64,000 nucleotides of DNA from an uncultured Candidatus Saccharibacteria bacterium (GCA_964545165.1 CAZJEQ010000001.1:1971-65970), one strand, 5' to 3'; counted from the first letter of the stretch, positions 1 to 8,779 are shown. Translations and numbers: made by a program. Notes: generated by a model not told the origin, from the sequence alone.

Positions 1-968
1 AAGCGACGAACCTTGAGGCGGGGATCGAGGTCGGTGTGGTCGCTGATATCTCTGAGAAGGGTGTCGTCGCTGTCTCGGCGACGGTTCTCTCGCAGACACT
101 CCGTTCAATCATGGCGGACAAGGTTACTTTTACCTCCGAAGAAAATAATCTCCTCATTGAGTCCAAGGGTACTAAGACACTTATCAAATCGGTCCCGCAC
201 GAAGAATTTCCGACACTTCCGACCTCCGGCACAGGTAAGGCAATAAAGATCGAACGTGAGCGACTTTTGAGCGCATTGCAGGCCGTCTCATACGCAGCCT
301 CACCCTCGATGATCCGCCCCGATCTTGGTTCTATCTATCTTGTGGTCAAAGATGGTGCGCTCACCTCCGTCGCAACTGATTCGTTCCGTCTCGCCGAAAA
401 GACGGTGAGTGATACGGGTGCCAAGATGGAGGGCGAACTCTTGATTCCGGTGAAGCATGCACTTGAGTTGGCGCATATCCTGGAGCGATTGGAGGGGGAT
501 ACGGTCTCGCTTGCCATTGAAGATTCGCAGCTGACACTGATAGGTGACGGCACACGCTTTTCTTCGCGTGTAGTGGATGCGCAATTTCCGAACTACAAAG
601 AAATTATCCCCAAAACGGCGACGACTGACGCCACCGTACTCAAGAGTGATTTTGCAGAAATGCTTCGGAAGGCGCGCGTTTTCTCAGGACAGGATATGCA
701 CGTCGGCCTTCATGTGTACCCCAAGAAAAAGATTTTTACCGCAACGGCACGCTCCAATGACGTAGGTGAGATGTCTGATGAGATCGACGGCGCACTGAAT
801 GGGGAAGATCTCGATATTAATTTCCATATCGGCTACCTCGCCGACTGTCTCTCGTCTGTGCAGGCAGATTCACTCGTGCTCTCCTTTGCGGGTCCCGGAA
901 AACCACTCGTCATTAAGGGGGTATCGGACAATTCCTTCCGTTACCTGGTCATGCCACTTAATAGGTAG
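1..968 (+). CDS. dnaN: DNA polymerase III beta sliding clamp, 5'-truncated by the window edge
   Basis: The 310-aa ORF reads through from position 1 with beta-clamp domain organisation and conserved C-terminal motifs (FPNYKEIIP, YLVMPLN). It is about 60 aa short of full length at the N-terminus. Confidence 0.85.
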   Translation, partial: ATNLEAGIEVGVVADISEKGVVAVSATVLSQTLRSIMADKVTFTSEENNLLIESKGTKTLIKSVPHEEFPTLPTSGTGKAIKIERERLLSALQAVSYAASPSMIRPDLGSIYLVVKDGALTSVATDSFRLAEKTVSDTGAKMEGELLIPVKHALELAHILERLEGDTVSLAIEDSQLTLIGDGTRFSSRVVDAQFPNYKEIIPKTATTDATVLKSDFAEMLRKARVFSGQDMHVGLHVYPKKKIFTATARSNDVGEMSDEIDGALNGEDLDINFHIGYLADCLSSVQADSLVLSFAGPGKPLVIKGVSDNSFRYLVMPLNR

Positions 969-989
969 GTGAGGTGGGGCGGCATAGCA

Positions 990-1016
990 AAAGGCGCCGT
1001 GTGGCGCCTTTTGCTA
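990..1016. terminator. bidirectional stem-loop terminator between dnaN and the PBP gene
   Basis: aaaggcgcc-gtgt-ggcgcctttt hairpin with T-runs on both strands between convergent genes. Confidence 0.5.
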
Positions 1017-3437
1017 TTGAATCGTGATCTGGATCTGGGTGGTCTCAATACCGGTGGTGGTCTGTACGAGCGCCTTGAGTGTCGCTGGGCCGCGGATGAC
1101 GGGCGTAAACGTCACGCCGTAGGGTGGCTGGTTGGCTGAGCCAACGAACTGATCGTTGAGGAAATACGAGACGCTTTGCGCATTTTGTGGATTTGCGTAC
1201 GAGGCGGTCGCGATAATCGGCATACCCGACGCCATAAATGTACCTGTTTGTGGAGAGAGTATCTGAAGATTGCCAGCCACGGGGGAGGTGGAGGTGCCGC
1301 TCGTCGGGTTCGCGAGATTTTGTCCCTGAGCCCACAGCTGCACGGGATATTCCCAATACGCATACTGCGGATCTGACCAGGGGTTTCCGGGGCGCCCACC
1401 GCGCGGATTTGATTTGCTGATCCAGTGCAAAATATCGTGCACGCCTTCGCTCGGGCTGGTGTTCCACTCACCACGAATGACTGGTGGCAGCGACGCGAGA
1501 TCAGGCTCTGGTGCAGGCGGGACGAAATCGTCCGACGGGTATTTCTTGAGCGCCTTCACGACGAATTCGTGCCACATCGGCGCGATGATAAATGCCGCGA
1601 TGCGCTTTTCCATTTGCGAGTTGTTGTTGTTGCCAGCCCACGCGCCCACGGAGATGCCCGGTGTGTAGCCGATGATCCACACGTCACGGAAATCGTTGGT
1701 GGTACCAGTCTTGTCGGCGACGTTGTAGCCGGGGAAGTACAGCGGAGAATTTGCGCCGAATTCGGGCGTACGCGCGACGTTGTCGGAGAGTACATCGTTC
1801 ATAAGGCGCGCGATTTGCGGATCGAGTACGCGCTCGGGCTTGGATTCGTAGGACTCGAGCACGGCGCCGTCTTTGTCAGTTACGCGCAGGATAGCGACCG
1901 GTTTGTTTTTCACGCCGTCGTTGGCGAAGACTGCGTACGCACCCGTCATCTCCAAAAGATTGACGTTGCCGCCGCCGAGAACGAGCGAAAGACCGTACTG
2001 TGATGCGTCGCCCAATGATGTGATACCCAGTGAACGCGCCATCTGGATAGCATCGTCGACACCGACGAGGTAGAGCGTCTTCACTGCGGGGACGTTTTCG
2101 GAAATTGCGAGCGCGTCGCGGAGCTTCAAGGGGCCCTTGAAGGTCCCATCGTAATTCGAGGGTGAGTAGCACGGTGGCGTGTCATTGGCGTAGTCGCTCG
2201 CTGCGCAGCGTGTGGAGAATTGTGTCGGCAAATCGAAAACGACGGTGTCTGGTGTATAGCCTTCGGCAAAAGCCGCTGCGTATACGAATGGCTTGAATGA
2301 TGAGCCCGGCTGGCGGCTCGCCGTCACCACATTTACCTTGCCATCTATGGTGTCGTCGAAGTAGCCCTTGGAGCCGACCATGGTGAGAATCTGGCCGGTC
2401 GAGGGCTCAATCGCGACGAGACCCTCGTTGGAGGCATTGAAGCTGGCGAGCATGCCCGGCGCAAATTTCTCTACGGTCGCTTCAGCATCGTTTTGCAGTT
2501 CGTAATCGAGCGTCGTGACAACATTGAGGCCATCGCGATACACCGCGTCGACGCCATATTTCTGCTCGAGATACTCGCGCACGTAGAAGACAAAGTGCGG
2601 CGCCTTGATACCTGCCTCGGTCTCGTCTTTGAATTGCACGGTCTCGGCCTTGGCCTCATCGTGCTCCTCGGCAGTGATGAATTTGTGTTCGAGCATTTTA
2701 TCCAGCACGAGATCTTTGCGCTTGTCCAAGAGTGCTTTGTTGTTGCCATAGGGTGAGTAGCGCGTCGGAGCCTGGGGAAGTGCCGCAAGGTACGCCGCTT
2801 GTGCGAGATCAACATCGATTGCGTCGACGCCGAAGAAATATTGCGAGGCCTCCTGGACGCCGTAGATCGTACCGCCGTAGGGATTTTCGTTGAGATACGT
2901 ATTCAAAATCTGATCCTTGGTGTAGAGACGTTCGAGGCGAAGCGCAAGAATGATCTCTTTGAGTTTGCGTGTCGGCTTTTTGTCTTGGGTGAGCAGCGCA
3001 TTTTTCACCACCTGCTGCGTGATCGTCGAGCCGCCTTGGCCGAGGAGATCACCGGTGGTGAGATTGATCCACACCGCGCGGAGAAATGCGAGGGGACGGA
3101 ATCCGTGGTGCTGGTAGAAGCTTGCATCTTCGATGGCGATCGTCGCGTCTTGGATCGATTTGCTCACCTGGTCGAGCGGCACCGAGGTGCGGCGTACGGT
3201 GCCGTGCACATCGTAGAGGACGATCTGTCCCGTACGGTCGTAGATCTTGGTGGATTGCGCGACGGCACGATTCTCGAAGCTCGTGATTGCGGGGATCGGC
3301 ATTACTGCCGCCCAGAGCACGATCGCTCCCACCGAGAAAAATCCGACAGCGATGATGCCCATCGCGGTGAGCTTCACCCAGTCGGGGAGCTGTGCGAATA
3401 ATCGTGAAGCGCGACGCCAGGCGCGTCGAATAAATTT
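1014..3437 (-). CDS. class A penicillin-binding protein (transglycosylase + transpeptidase), PBP1A-like
   Basis: N-terminal TM anchor; glycosyltransferase motifs (GGSTITQQVVKN, RKLKEIILALRLE); C-terminal transpeptidase domain. Start may be at 3524 (alternative upstream start). Confidence 0.85.
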   Translation of the reverse strand, partial: KFIRRAWRRASRLFAQLPDWVKLTAMGIIAVGFFSVGAIVLWAAVMPIPAITSFENRAVAQSTKIYDRTGQIVLYDVHGTVRRTSVPLDQVSKSIQDATIAIEDASFYQHHGFRPLAFLRAVWINLTTGDLLGQGGSTITQQVVKNALLTQDKKPTRKLKEIILALRLERLYTKDQILNTYLNENPYGGTIYGVQEASQYFFGVDAIDVDLAQAAYLAALPQAPTRYSPYGNNKALLDKRKDLVLDKMLEHKFITAEEHDEAKAETVQFKDETEAGIKAPHFVFYVREYLEQKYGVDAVYRDGLNVVTTLDYELQNDAEATVEKFAPGMLASFNASNEGLVAIEPSTGQILTMVGSKGYFDDTIDGKVNVVTASRQPGSSFKPFVYAAAFAEGYTPDTVVFDLPTQFSTRCAASDYANDTPPCYSPSNYDGTFKGPLKLRDALAISENVPAVKTLYLVGVDDAIQMARSLGITSLGDASQYGLSLVLGGGNVNLLEMTGAYAVFANDGVKNKPVAILRVTDKDGAVLESYESKPERVLDPQIARLMNDVLSDNVARTPEFGANSPLYFPGYNVADKTGTTNDFRDVWIIGYTPGISVGAWAGNNNNSQMEKRIAAFIIAPMWHEFVVKALKKYPSDDFVPPAPEPDLASLPPVIRGEWNTSPSEGVHDILHWISKSNPRGGRPGNPWSDPQYAYWEYPVQLWAQGQNLANPTSGTSTSPVAGNLQILSPQTGTFMASGMPIIATASYANPQNAQSVSYFLNDQFVGSANQPPYGVTFTPVIRGPATLKALVQTTTGIETTQIQITIQ

Positions 3438-3462
3438 CATACGTAGGGCAATTGTAGCGTAA

Positions 3463-3963
3463 TTACAATTTCTGGCGAAGTGCGGGCGCAAAACTTCGGG
3501 CGCGCGCGAGATGCGTGAGCCCAATAGCGATCGCGTCGTACTCGTCGTCTAGACGCACGGGGCGGGGGAATTTTACGAGCATGTGCAGCATGCGCGCAAT
3601 CTGCGCCTTGTCGGCGCGGCCGTCGCCCGTGATTGCGCTCTTTACTTCGCCCGGACCATACTCGTGAATCGTGAGTCCGGCAGCTCCTGCGGAGGAGAGG
3701 ATGGCTCCGCGCACTTCGGCGACGCGCATGGCGGTGGTGCGATTGGCCTTGAAGAAGAGTGTTTCCATGGCGAGTGCTTCGGGTGTATGTGCGCGCATCG
3801 CGGATTCGACCTCCTCGATGACGAGGCGGAGGCGGTCAGTAAATTCGAGATCCGATGATGTCTCGACGCAGGTCGAAAAAAGGAGCGTGTCGACCGTGCC
3901 GATGCGCTCCAAGACGGCGATACCGCATCGCCCGTAGCCCGGGTCGATCGCGAGCACTCGCAT
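3463..3963 (-). CDS. ruvC: Holliday junction resolvase RuvC
   Basis: MRVLAIDPGYGRCGIAV... RuvC fold motifs. The real start is the internal Met of a longer ORF; the N-terminal extension in the ORF track is low-complexity and not credible. Confidence 0.85.
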   Translation of the reverse strand: MRVLAIDPGYGRCGIAVLERIGTVDTLLFSTCVETSSDLEFTDRLRLVIEEVESAMRAHTPEALAMETLFFKANRTTAMRVAEVRGAILSSAGAAGLTIHEYGPGEVKSAITGDGRADKAQIARMLHMLVKFPRPVRLDDEYDAIAIGLTHLARARSFAPALRQKL

Positions 3964-3964
3964 A

Positions 3965-4111
3965 TTATTGCTGCTTCTCTTTGTCGCCGAATTGTTCAAA
4001 ACACGACATGCAGAGGTGTTTTTCTTTGGCGTCGCCATCGGTGGGAGTAAACACGATAGAGTCGCCCGGCTGGAGCGGCTTTTCGCAACTGTCGCAGACG
4101 TTTGCTGCCAT
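3965..4111 (-). CDS. small zinc-ribbon protein (48 aa, CxxC...CxxC), not in the ORF track
   Basis: Reverse-strand ORF encoding MAANVCDSCEKPLQPGDSIVFTPTDGDAKEKHLCMSCFEQFGDKEKQQ. Its stop abuts the ruvC start codon (translational coupling). Confidence 0.45.
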   Translation of the reverse strand: MAANVCDSCEKPLQPGDSIVFTPTDGDAKEKHLCMSCFEQFGDKEKQQ

Positions 4112-4138
4112 GTCTGTAGTATATCGCGCTGCAAGCGC

Positions 4139-4669
4139 TTAGGCGGCGTTGGTGTAGACATCTTCGACGTCGTCGTGTGCGTCGATGGTCTCGAGAATTT
4201 TGAGGAGCTTTTCGTTGTCTTCTTCGGAGAGGGGGACGGTGGTCGTAGCTTCGAAGGCATTGGCGACTTTGGTAAATGCCCAGGCAGCAGAGCCAGGCGA
4301 GGCGAGCTCAAGGCCCTGCTCGCTCAGAAGGTGCTTGATCTCCTGCGCCGTGCGATTGCGACTATCGGTGAGCGTTTGTATCAAAATTGCTGCGCCGCCC
4401 GGGCCGTATGTCTCGTACAAGATAGCTTCCATCGCATCGGCATCGTTCGCGACGCCTTTTTTCACGGCACGCTCGATGTTGTCCTTGGGCATGTTGGCCT
4501 CCTTGGCCTTCTCGATCCAGGTGCGAAGCGTGGGCGAGGTGACGTCACCCGCGGCGATTTTGCTCTCGACGATGATGCGTTTGGCGATTTTGCTCCAGAG
4601 CTTGCTCTTGGCGGCATCGGTCGCACCTTTCTTGTGTTTAATCTGGGACCATTTGTTGTGTCCGGACAT
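4139..4669 (-). CDS. yebC: YebC/PmpR (TACO1) family transcriptional regulator, short form
   Basis: MSGHNKWSQIKHKKG... canonical YebC N-terminus. The ORF-track start is an upstream extension. Confidence 0.8.
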   Translation of the reverse strand: MSGHNKWSQIKHKKGATDAAKSKLWSKIAKRIIVESKIAAGDVTSPTLRTWIEKAKEANMPKDNIERAVKKGVANDADAMEAILYETYGPGGAAILIQTLTDSRNRTAQEIKHLLSEQGLELASPGSAAWAFTKVANAFEATTTVPLSEEDNEKLLKILETIDAHDDVEDVYTNAA

Positions 4670-4836
4670 GATGGAAGGGTATAGGGGATAGCGCAGAAAT
4701 GCAAAAAAAGAAAGACGCCGCGGAGCAAAGCTGCGCGGCGTCTTGTTGCCCGGGGGAAGGTCGGGCAACAGGTTCAGGTCAATACGCGACCCTCGTCAGC
4801 CGAGGCTGACGGACACGTCGCCCGACTAGAAGCGGG

Positions 4837-5391
4837 CTACTGCAGCGCCTGCGGATGACCGGCGGTGTTCTCGAGGATCGACGTCATCGCGTCCCACGTC
4901 TGCGCGAGCTTCGCGACGGTCAGCGTCGCGCCGTCGTCGATCGCCGCCTTGATGGCAATCTCGTCGGCCGCGGCCGGATCGATGATGCCACTGCTGATGC
5001 CCGTGCTGAGCATGTCGGTGCCGCTCACCTGGTAGCCGTCGTCGCCCGACGTCTTGGCGGTGATCACGCGCACGGTGCCACGATCAGGCGTTGGAAGCGC
5101 CGGCGCCGACACGAAGTCGATGTTGCTCTGGCACTGGCCGGCCGCGACGACATCCGGGTTGTGGTGCAGATAGTCGTTGCCGCCGATGCGAGCGTTACCA
5201 TTGATGATGTCGACCTGGCCGCGGTTGGCGGTGGCGAACACCTGGTTCTTGATCGTCGTGGTCTTCTCCATGAACGTCGGGCCAGCGATGCCGAATGCGT
5301 CGAACAGGGAGGTCGGCGGTGCGGCGTTGGCTTGCGAGACGAGGAATGCTGCAGCGAGCGCTGCCGCCCCCGTAATGAGCATGCGAGGCAT
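4837..5391 (-). CDS. secreted hypothetical protein (signal peptide), high-GC
   Basis: MPRMLITGAAALAAAFLVSQANA signal peptide; AAGGA-like RBS upstream; local GC ~62%, above surroundings. Confidence 0.55.
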   Translation of the reverse strand: MPRMLITGAAALAAAFLVSQANAAPPTSLFDAFGIAGPTFMEKTTTIKNQVFATANRGQVDIINGNARIGGNDYLHHNPDVVAAGQCQSNIDFVSAPALPTPDRGTVRVITAKTSGDDGYQVSGTDMLSTGISSGIIDPAAADEIAIKAAIDDGATLTVAKLAQTWDAMTSILENTAGHPQALQ

Positions 5392-5555
5392 GATTACACA
5401 TCCTTTGTTTCGAGTCTTACGCAGTTTCGCTGCGAGGAAGGAACAGGGATAGACTCTTCCTACTGCGCACAGTAGCATTTCTTCATGTAAAGATCACCCG
5501 CACCTGCAGGGGGGGGCGGTGCTATACTTTCTTCATTAACGTAATCAGTCTTTTT

Positions 5556-6008
5556 ATGATGGAAATGATGAATAAGTGGTCGCGCTGGTGCAAGAATCGC
5601 GCACTCGGCCTCCTCCTTATCCGTGCTGCTATCGGTATGGTCTTCTTCGCTCACGGTTGGATGAAGATGCAGAATATGGACATGGCAGAAGCGATGTTTA
5701 TCGGCTTCGGATTCCCAGCATGGGTCGCGGTGGCTATCGCGTGGCTCGAGGTGATAGGTGGTATCGCACTTGTCCTCGGCGTCATGACGCGTCTCTTTGC
5801 GAAGCTCTTCGTGATCGTGATGATCGTCGCATTTTTCGTGACCGGTGGCATCTCCACAGGCTACTTTGCTCACGAGATGGAGCTCGTGCTCTTCTTGGGA
5901 TCGCTCGGCATTCTCTTCGCAGGGAGTGGTCGCTACTCGCTCTGGGCGTGTGAGTGCCACAATTGCGGTGCGATGAATTGCAAAGACGGCAACTGCCAAG
6001 CGAAATAA
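5556..6008 (+). CDS. DoxX family membrane protein with Cys-rich C-terminal tail
   Basis: 4-TM DoxX-like profile (FAHGWMK...), followed by a CECHNCGAMNCKDGNCQAK tail. Confidence 0.6.
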   Translation: MMEMMNKWSRWCKNRALGLLLIRAAIGMVFFAHGWMKMQNMDMAEAMFIGFGFPAWVAVAIAWLEVIGGIALVLGVMTRLFAKLFVIVMIVAFFVTGGISTGYFAHEMELVLFLGSLGILFAGSGRYSLWACECHNCGAMNCKDGNCQAK

Positions 6009-6066
6009 TCTTCGCTGTATAAAAAACGATTCGGCGGCCTCTAGGGGGCCGCCGACCAATAGGTGG

Positions 6067-6399
6067 CTAGATATTCTGCTGCTTCAGCTCACACCGTAGG
6101 TAGAGTACATCGTCGCCGAGGCCGCGTGTATTGCAGCGCACGTTGTGTGAGGTCAGCTCGAGGATGTGGCGTACCGCCTCCTCGTTGTGATTCACAAAGT
6201 GCGCAATCTCACCTTCGCCAAGATACTGGTAATGGCGCAAGAGATAGATCCCGACGGCGCGGATGTCGAAGTGCGCGGCGTTCTCGATTGGCTTGCATAG
6301 CTCTTCGCCTGAGCAGAGTCCATAGTGACGAGCGACGAACTCAAAGATACGCGCCGCTCGTGTCTCTGTTACGTTGCCGTAACGTATGAGGGCGTCCAT
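6067..6399 (-). CDS. standalone DnaA domain IV-like (Bac_DnaA_C) helix-turn-helix protein
   Basis: Resembles the DnaA C-terminal DNA-binding domain (…LLRHYQYLGEGEIAHFVNHNEEAVRHILEL…), with no AAA+ domain. Confidence 0.4.
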   Translation of the reverse strand: MDALIRYGNVTETRAARIFEFVARHYGLCSGEELCKPIENAAHFDIRAVGIYLLRHYQYLGEGEIAHFVNHNEEAVRHILELTSHNVRCNTRGLGDDVLYLRCELKQQNI

Positions 6400-6610
6400 A
6401 TTCTTGTCCTCCTCGACCTGCGTATATCGTAGACGTGCTCACTAGATAGCGCAACAAGATCAGACATTCTGCGCATGGTGTATACACATAGTTATGCACG
6501 CGGTTATACACCTCTTACCCACATACATATCCCCCGAATCGGCGAATATGCCCTGATTCATTAAAAAATAGCGTCGTTACAATGTATCGACTGACCGCCT
6601 TACCGTGCGT

Positions 6611-6831
6611 CAGCGCAGCCGAGGACTGCTGCCCGCAAGGGGAGCAACACCAGGAGGCAGTTCCGCGGGATTACTCGCAGCTTCGGCTGGGAGGACAGAG
6701 CCGGAATCGTTCGGGGAGAGCAATGAGGGCGGTAGGTGCAAGACGGGGAGATCATATCAATCCGAGAAGTGCCGATTCGTCGTCCCACAATGCCCGAAAA
6801 CAAAAGAGACCCGAAAGGGTCTCTTTTGTTA
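6611..6831 (+). ncRNA. GC-rich structured element of ~220 nt ending in an intrinsic terminator; unclassified ncRNA or miniature insertion
   Basis: Marked GC jump; multiple hairpins (gcagc...gctgc, cagcUUCGgctg); agagaccc-GAAA-gggtctct + TTTGTT terminator at 6805-6830; flanked by 10-bp direct repeat taccgtgcgt (6601-6610 and 6832-6841). Confidence 0.3.
6805..6830. terminator. rho-independent terminator hairpin, symmetric and usable on both strands
   Basis: agagaccc GAAA gggtctct followed by a T-run. Confidence 0.55.
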
Positions 6832-6952
6832 TACCGTGCGTTGCGGTCATTGTAGTTGATTTTCCAAGAAAATTGACCCGTATCCACAGTACGAAATATG
6901 TTTGCCTACATAGGCTTGCGGCGGTATTGTGGTGACCGATCTTTGAGCCGTT

Positions 6953-7100
6953 ATTTAGCGACACATAATCGACTTTTCGCGGCGATCCTGCTGTGATGAA
7001 AGAAAATGTGAATCTTTTGCTCCGCTGTGTGCATAGCACCAGTTGTAGTCATGTCCTACATGAATGATGTAGAGGTATGAAGGATTTTGTGTCGCTAAAT
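6953..7100 (+). ncRNA. candidate retron msr/msd ncRNA bounded by a1/a2-like inverted repeats
   Basis: 12-nt perfect inverted repeat atttagcgacac (6953-6964) / gtgtcgctaaat (7089-7100). It encloses ~125 nt with internal hairpins (ctacat-gaatg-atgtag) and ends at the RT start codon. Confidence 0.35.
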
Positions 7101-8691
7101 GCCGATTGATAAAAACAAATTTCTTGCAGTTAGGAATAAAATAGCGCTGGCGTCTCTTCTCGGTGTAAGTCCACGGGCGTTAAACTTCTTTGCCTATGCA
7201 GGAGGCAAAAGATATCGCAGCTTTGATATCAAGAAGAAAAGTGGCGCCCCGAGGTTGATTTCGGCACCTAGTGGACCGCTAAAAACCTTACAGCGGAAAC
7301 TCGCGCTCGTGCTCAATGACATATATCCAGCCCCGAATTCCTCGCATGGATTCGTTTGTCAGCGTTCGATCGTAACAAACGCTGAGCGGCACGTAAGGAA
7401 GCGGATCATTTTGAATCTAGATTTAGAGGATTTTTTCCCGACAATCCACTCGGGAAGAATTTACGGTCTTTTCAAATCGGAACCATTTGGCTTCCCACAT
7501 GAGGTGGCGTCGACTCTCGCGGCGCTCGTGACATTCGAGAACAAGCTGCCGCAGGGTGCTCCAACGTCTCCGATTCTATCGAACATGATCTGTTTTCAAT
7601 TAGATCGTGACATGGCCAAGTTTGCCGCTAGTCACCATGCGACATACACCAGATACGCAGATGACATAACATTTTCGACGATGAGTCGTCGCCTCCCCGA
7701 CGCGCTCGCAATTGAGTCGGCCAGCGGGGCAGAGGCCGGAGGTTTGTTAGAGGCTTTGATAGCTCGTCACGGCTTCAAAATTAACAGCGCCAAAACTCGT
7801 ACACACGGTCTTTCTCGTGCAAAATTCGTGACCGGGGTAAAGGTGAACGAAAAAAAGAACGTCACAAAGAAATTCACACGACAACTACGTGCCATGATTC
7901 ACGCGCTTGCGAAATTTGGCCCATCGAACGCGGGTGCGGAATTTAATTCAAAGTATAACGCTGGGCCCGCAAAGAATTACGTCAGCGTCGTGCGCGGAAA
8001 ATTGGCGCACTTAAAGAACGTAAAGGGAGAAGGAGATGCTCAATATGTCCACCTCTACAATCGATATGCATCAGTTTTCGGACTGCCGCAACTCACGGAG
8101 AAACGAGATCCCAGCGAAGATCTCGAATACAAGACGTTCACAGTCGTATCCAAGAAGGGCATGAGCTCTGGATTTATTCTTAACTCAAAATATCTTGTTA
8201 CTGCGGCTCACGCTCTTGAGGAAGGCGAGAATTCTGTAAAGTACTTTGACTTCAATAATTTCCCATCAACATGCCACAGAACGGGGAGGTTGCGAGCATG
8301 CTTTCCTGAAGTTGATATAGCGCTTTTCAACATTTCGGGTAACGATTTGGACGACATATCACTCGGCCTTCCAGAAAGATATAAGGAGTCCGTCAGAGGT
8401 GATGCTTTGCGTGCATCTGGGTATCCTCTCTCGCAGCCTGGACTGCGTCCCCACATCACACCGATTACGGTGACAGGTAAGATTAGAAATAAATACGGCG
8501 CGACCCTGGTGCATGTGGACGTCCATCTTCTGAGCGGGAATAGCGGAGGGCCGGTTGTGGACCAAGATAATCGTGTCGTGGGAGTAGTAAGTAGAGGTGC
8601 ACCTAACAAGGAAGACCCCGATTACGGCACCGCATTCGTGCCAGTAAGCGAGATATTGAGAGTCTTCGCAGAGGAAGGAATTTCTTTTTAA
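7099..8691 (+). CDS. retron-type reverse transcriptase fused to a C-terminal trypsin-like serine protease
   Basis: RT motifs NAERH (NAXXH), ILNLDLEDFFPTI, QGAPTSPILSN, YADDITF, FVTGV (retron VTG). C-terminal His (TAAHAL), Asp (DIALF) and Ser (GNSGGPV) match the S1 catalytic triad. GC is low (~45%). Confidence 0.8.
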   Translation: MPIDKNKFLAVRNKIALASLLGVSPRALNFFAYAGGKRYRSFDIKKKSGAPRLISAPSGPLKTLQRKLALVLNDIYPAPNSSHGFVCQRSIVTNAERHVRKRIILNLDLEDFFPTIHSGRIYGLFKSEPFGFPHEVASTLAALVTFENKLPQGAPTSPILSNMICFQLDRDMAKFAASHHATYTRYADDITFSTMSRRLPDALAIESASGAEAGGLLEALIARHGFKINSAKTRTHGLSRAKFVTGVKVNEKKNVTKKFTRQLRAMIHALAKFGPSNAGAEFNSKYNAGPAKNYVSVVRGKLAHLKNVKGEGDAQYVHLYNRYASVFGLPQLTEKRDPSEDLEYKTFTVVSKKGMSSGFILNSKYLVTAAHALEEGENSVKYFDFNNFPSTCHRTGRLRACFPEVDIALFNISGNDLDDISLGLPERYKESVRGDALRASGYPLSQPGLRPHITPITVTGKIRNKYGATLVHVDVHLLSGNSGGPVVDQDNRVVGVVSRGAPNKEDPDYGTAFVPVSEILRVFAEEGISF

Positions 8692-8779
8692 ATGAGGCTC
8701 GAAATTTAAAAAATTCAGTATCTTCCGCAAAGCTTCATGTGCGAAGCGTAAGCTTGGCGGATAACCGCTAGCAACATCT

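Noticed and set aside
1425-3401. Several plus-strand ORFs (192 aa, 200 aa) inside the PBP gene
   Set aside because: They are antisense to a strongly supported PBP1A coding region.
3968-4691. Plus-strand ORFs of 238 aa and 168 aa overlapping yebC
   Set aside because: They are antisense to a well-supported YebC gene and show no domain signatures.
6590-6840. Assignment of the GC-rich element to RNase P, tmRNA, SRP RNA, 6S RNA or a hammerhead ribozyme
   Set aside because: The conserved blocks of those RNAs (for example the P4 GGAAAGUCCGG, the tmRNA tRNA-like end, the SRP GGAAGCAG, the CUGAUGA/GAAAC pair) are absent. It is left unclassified.
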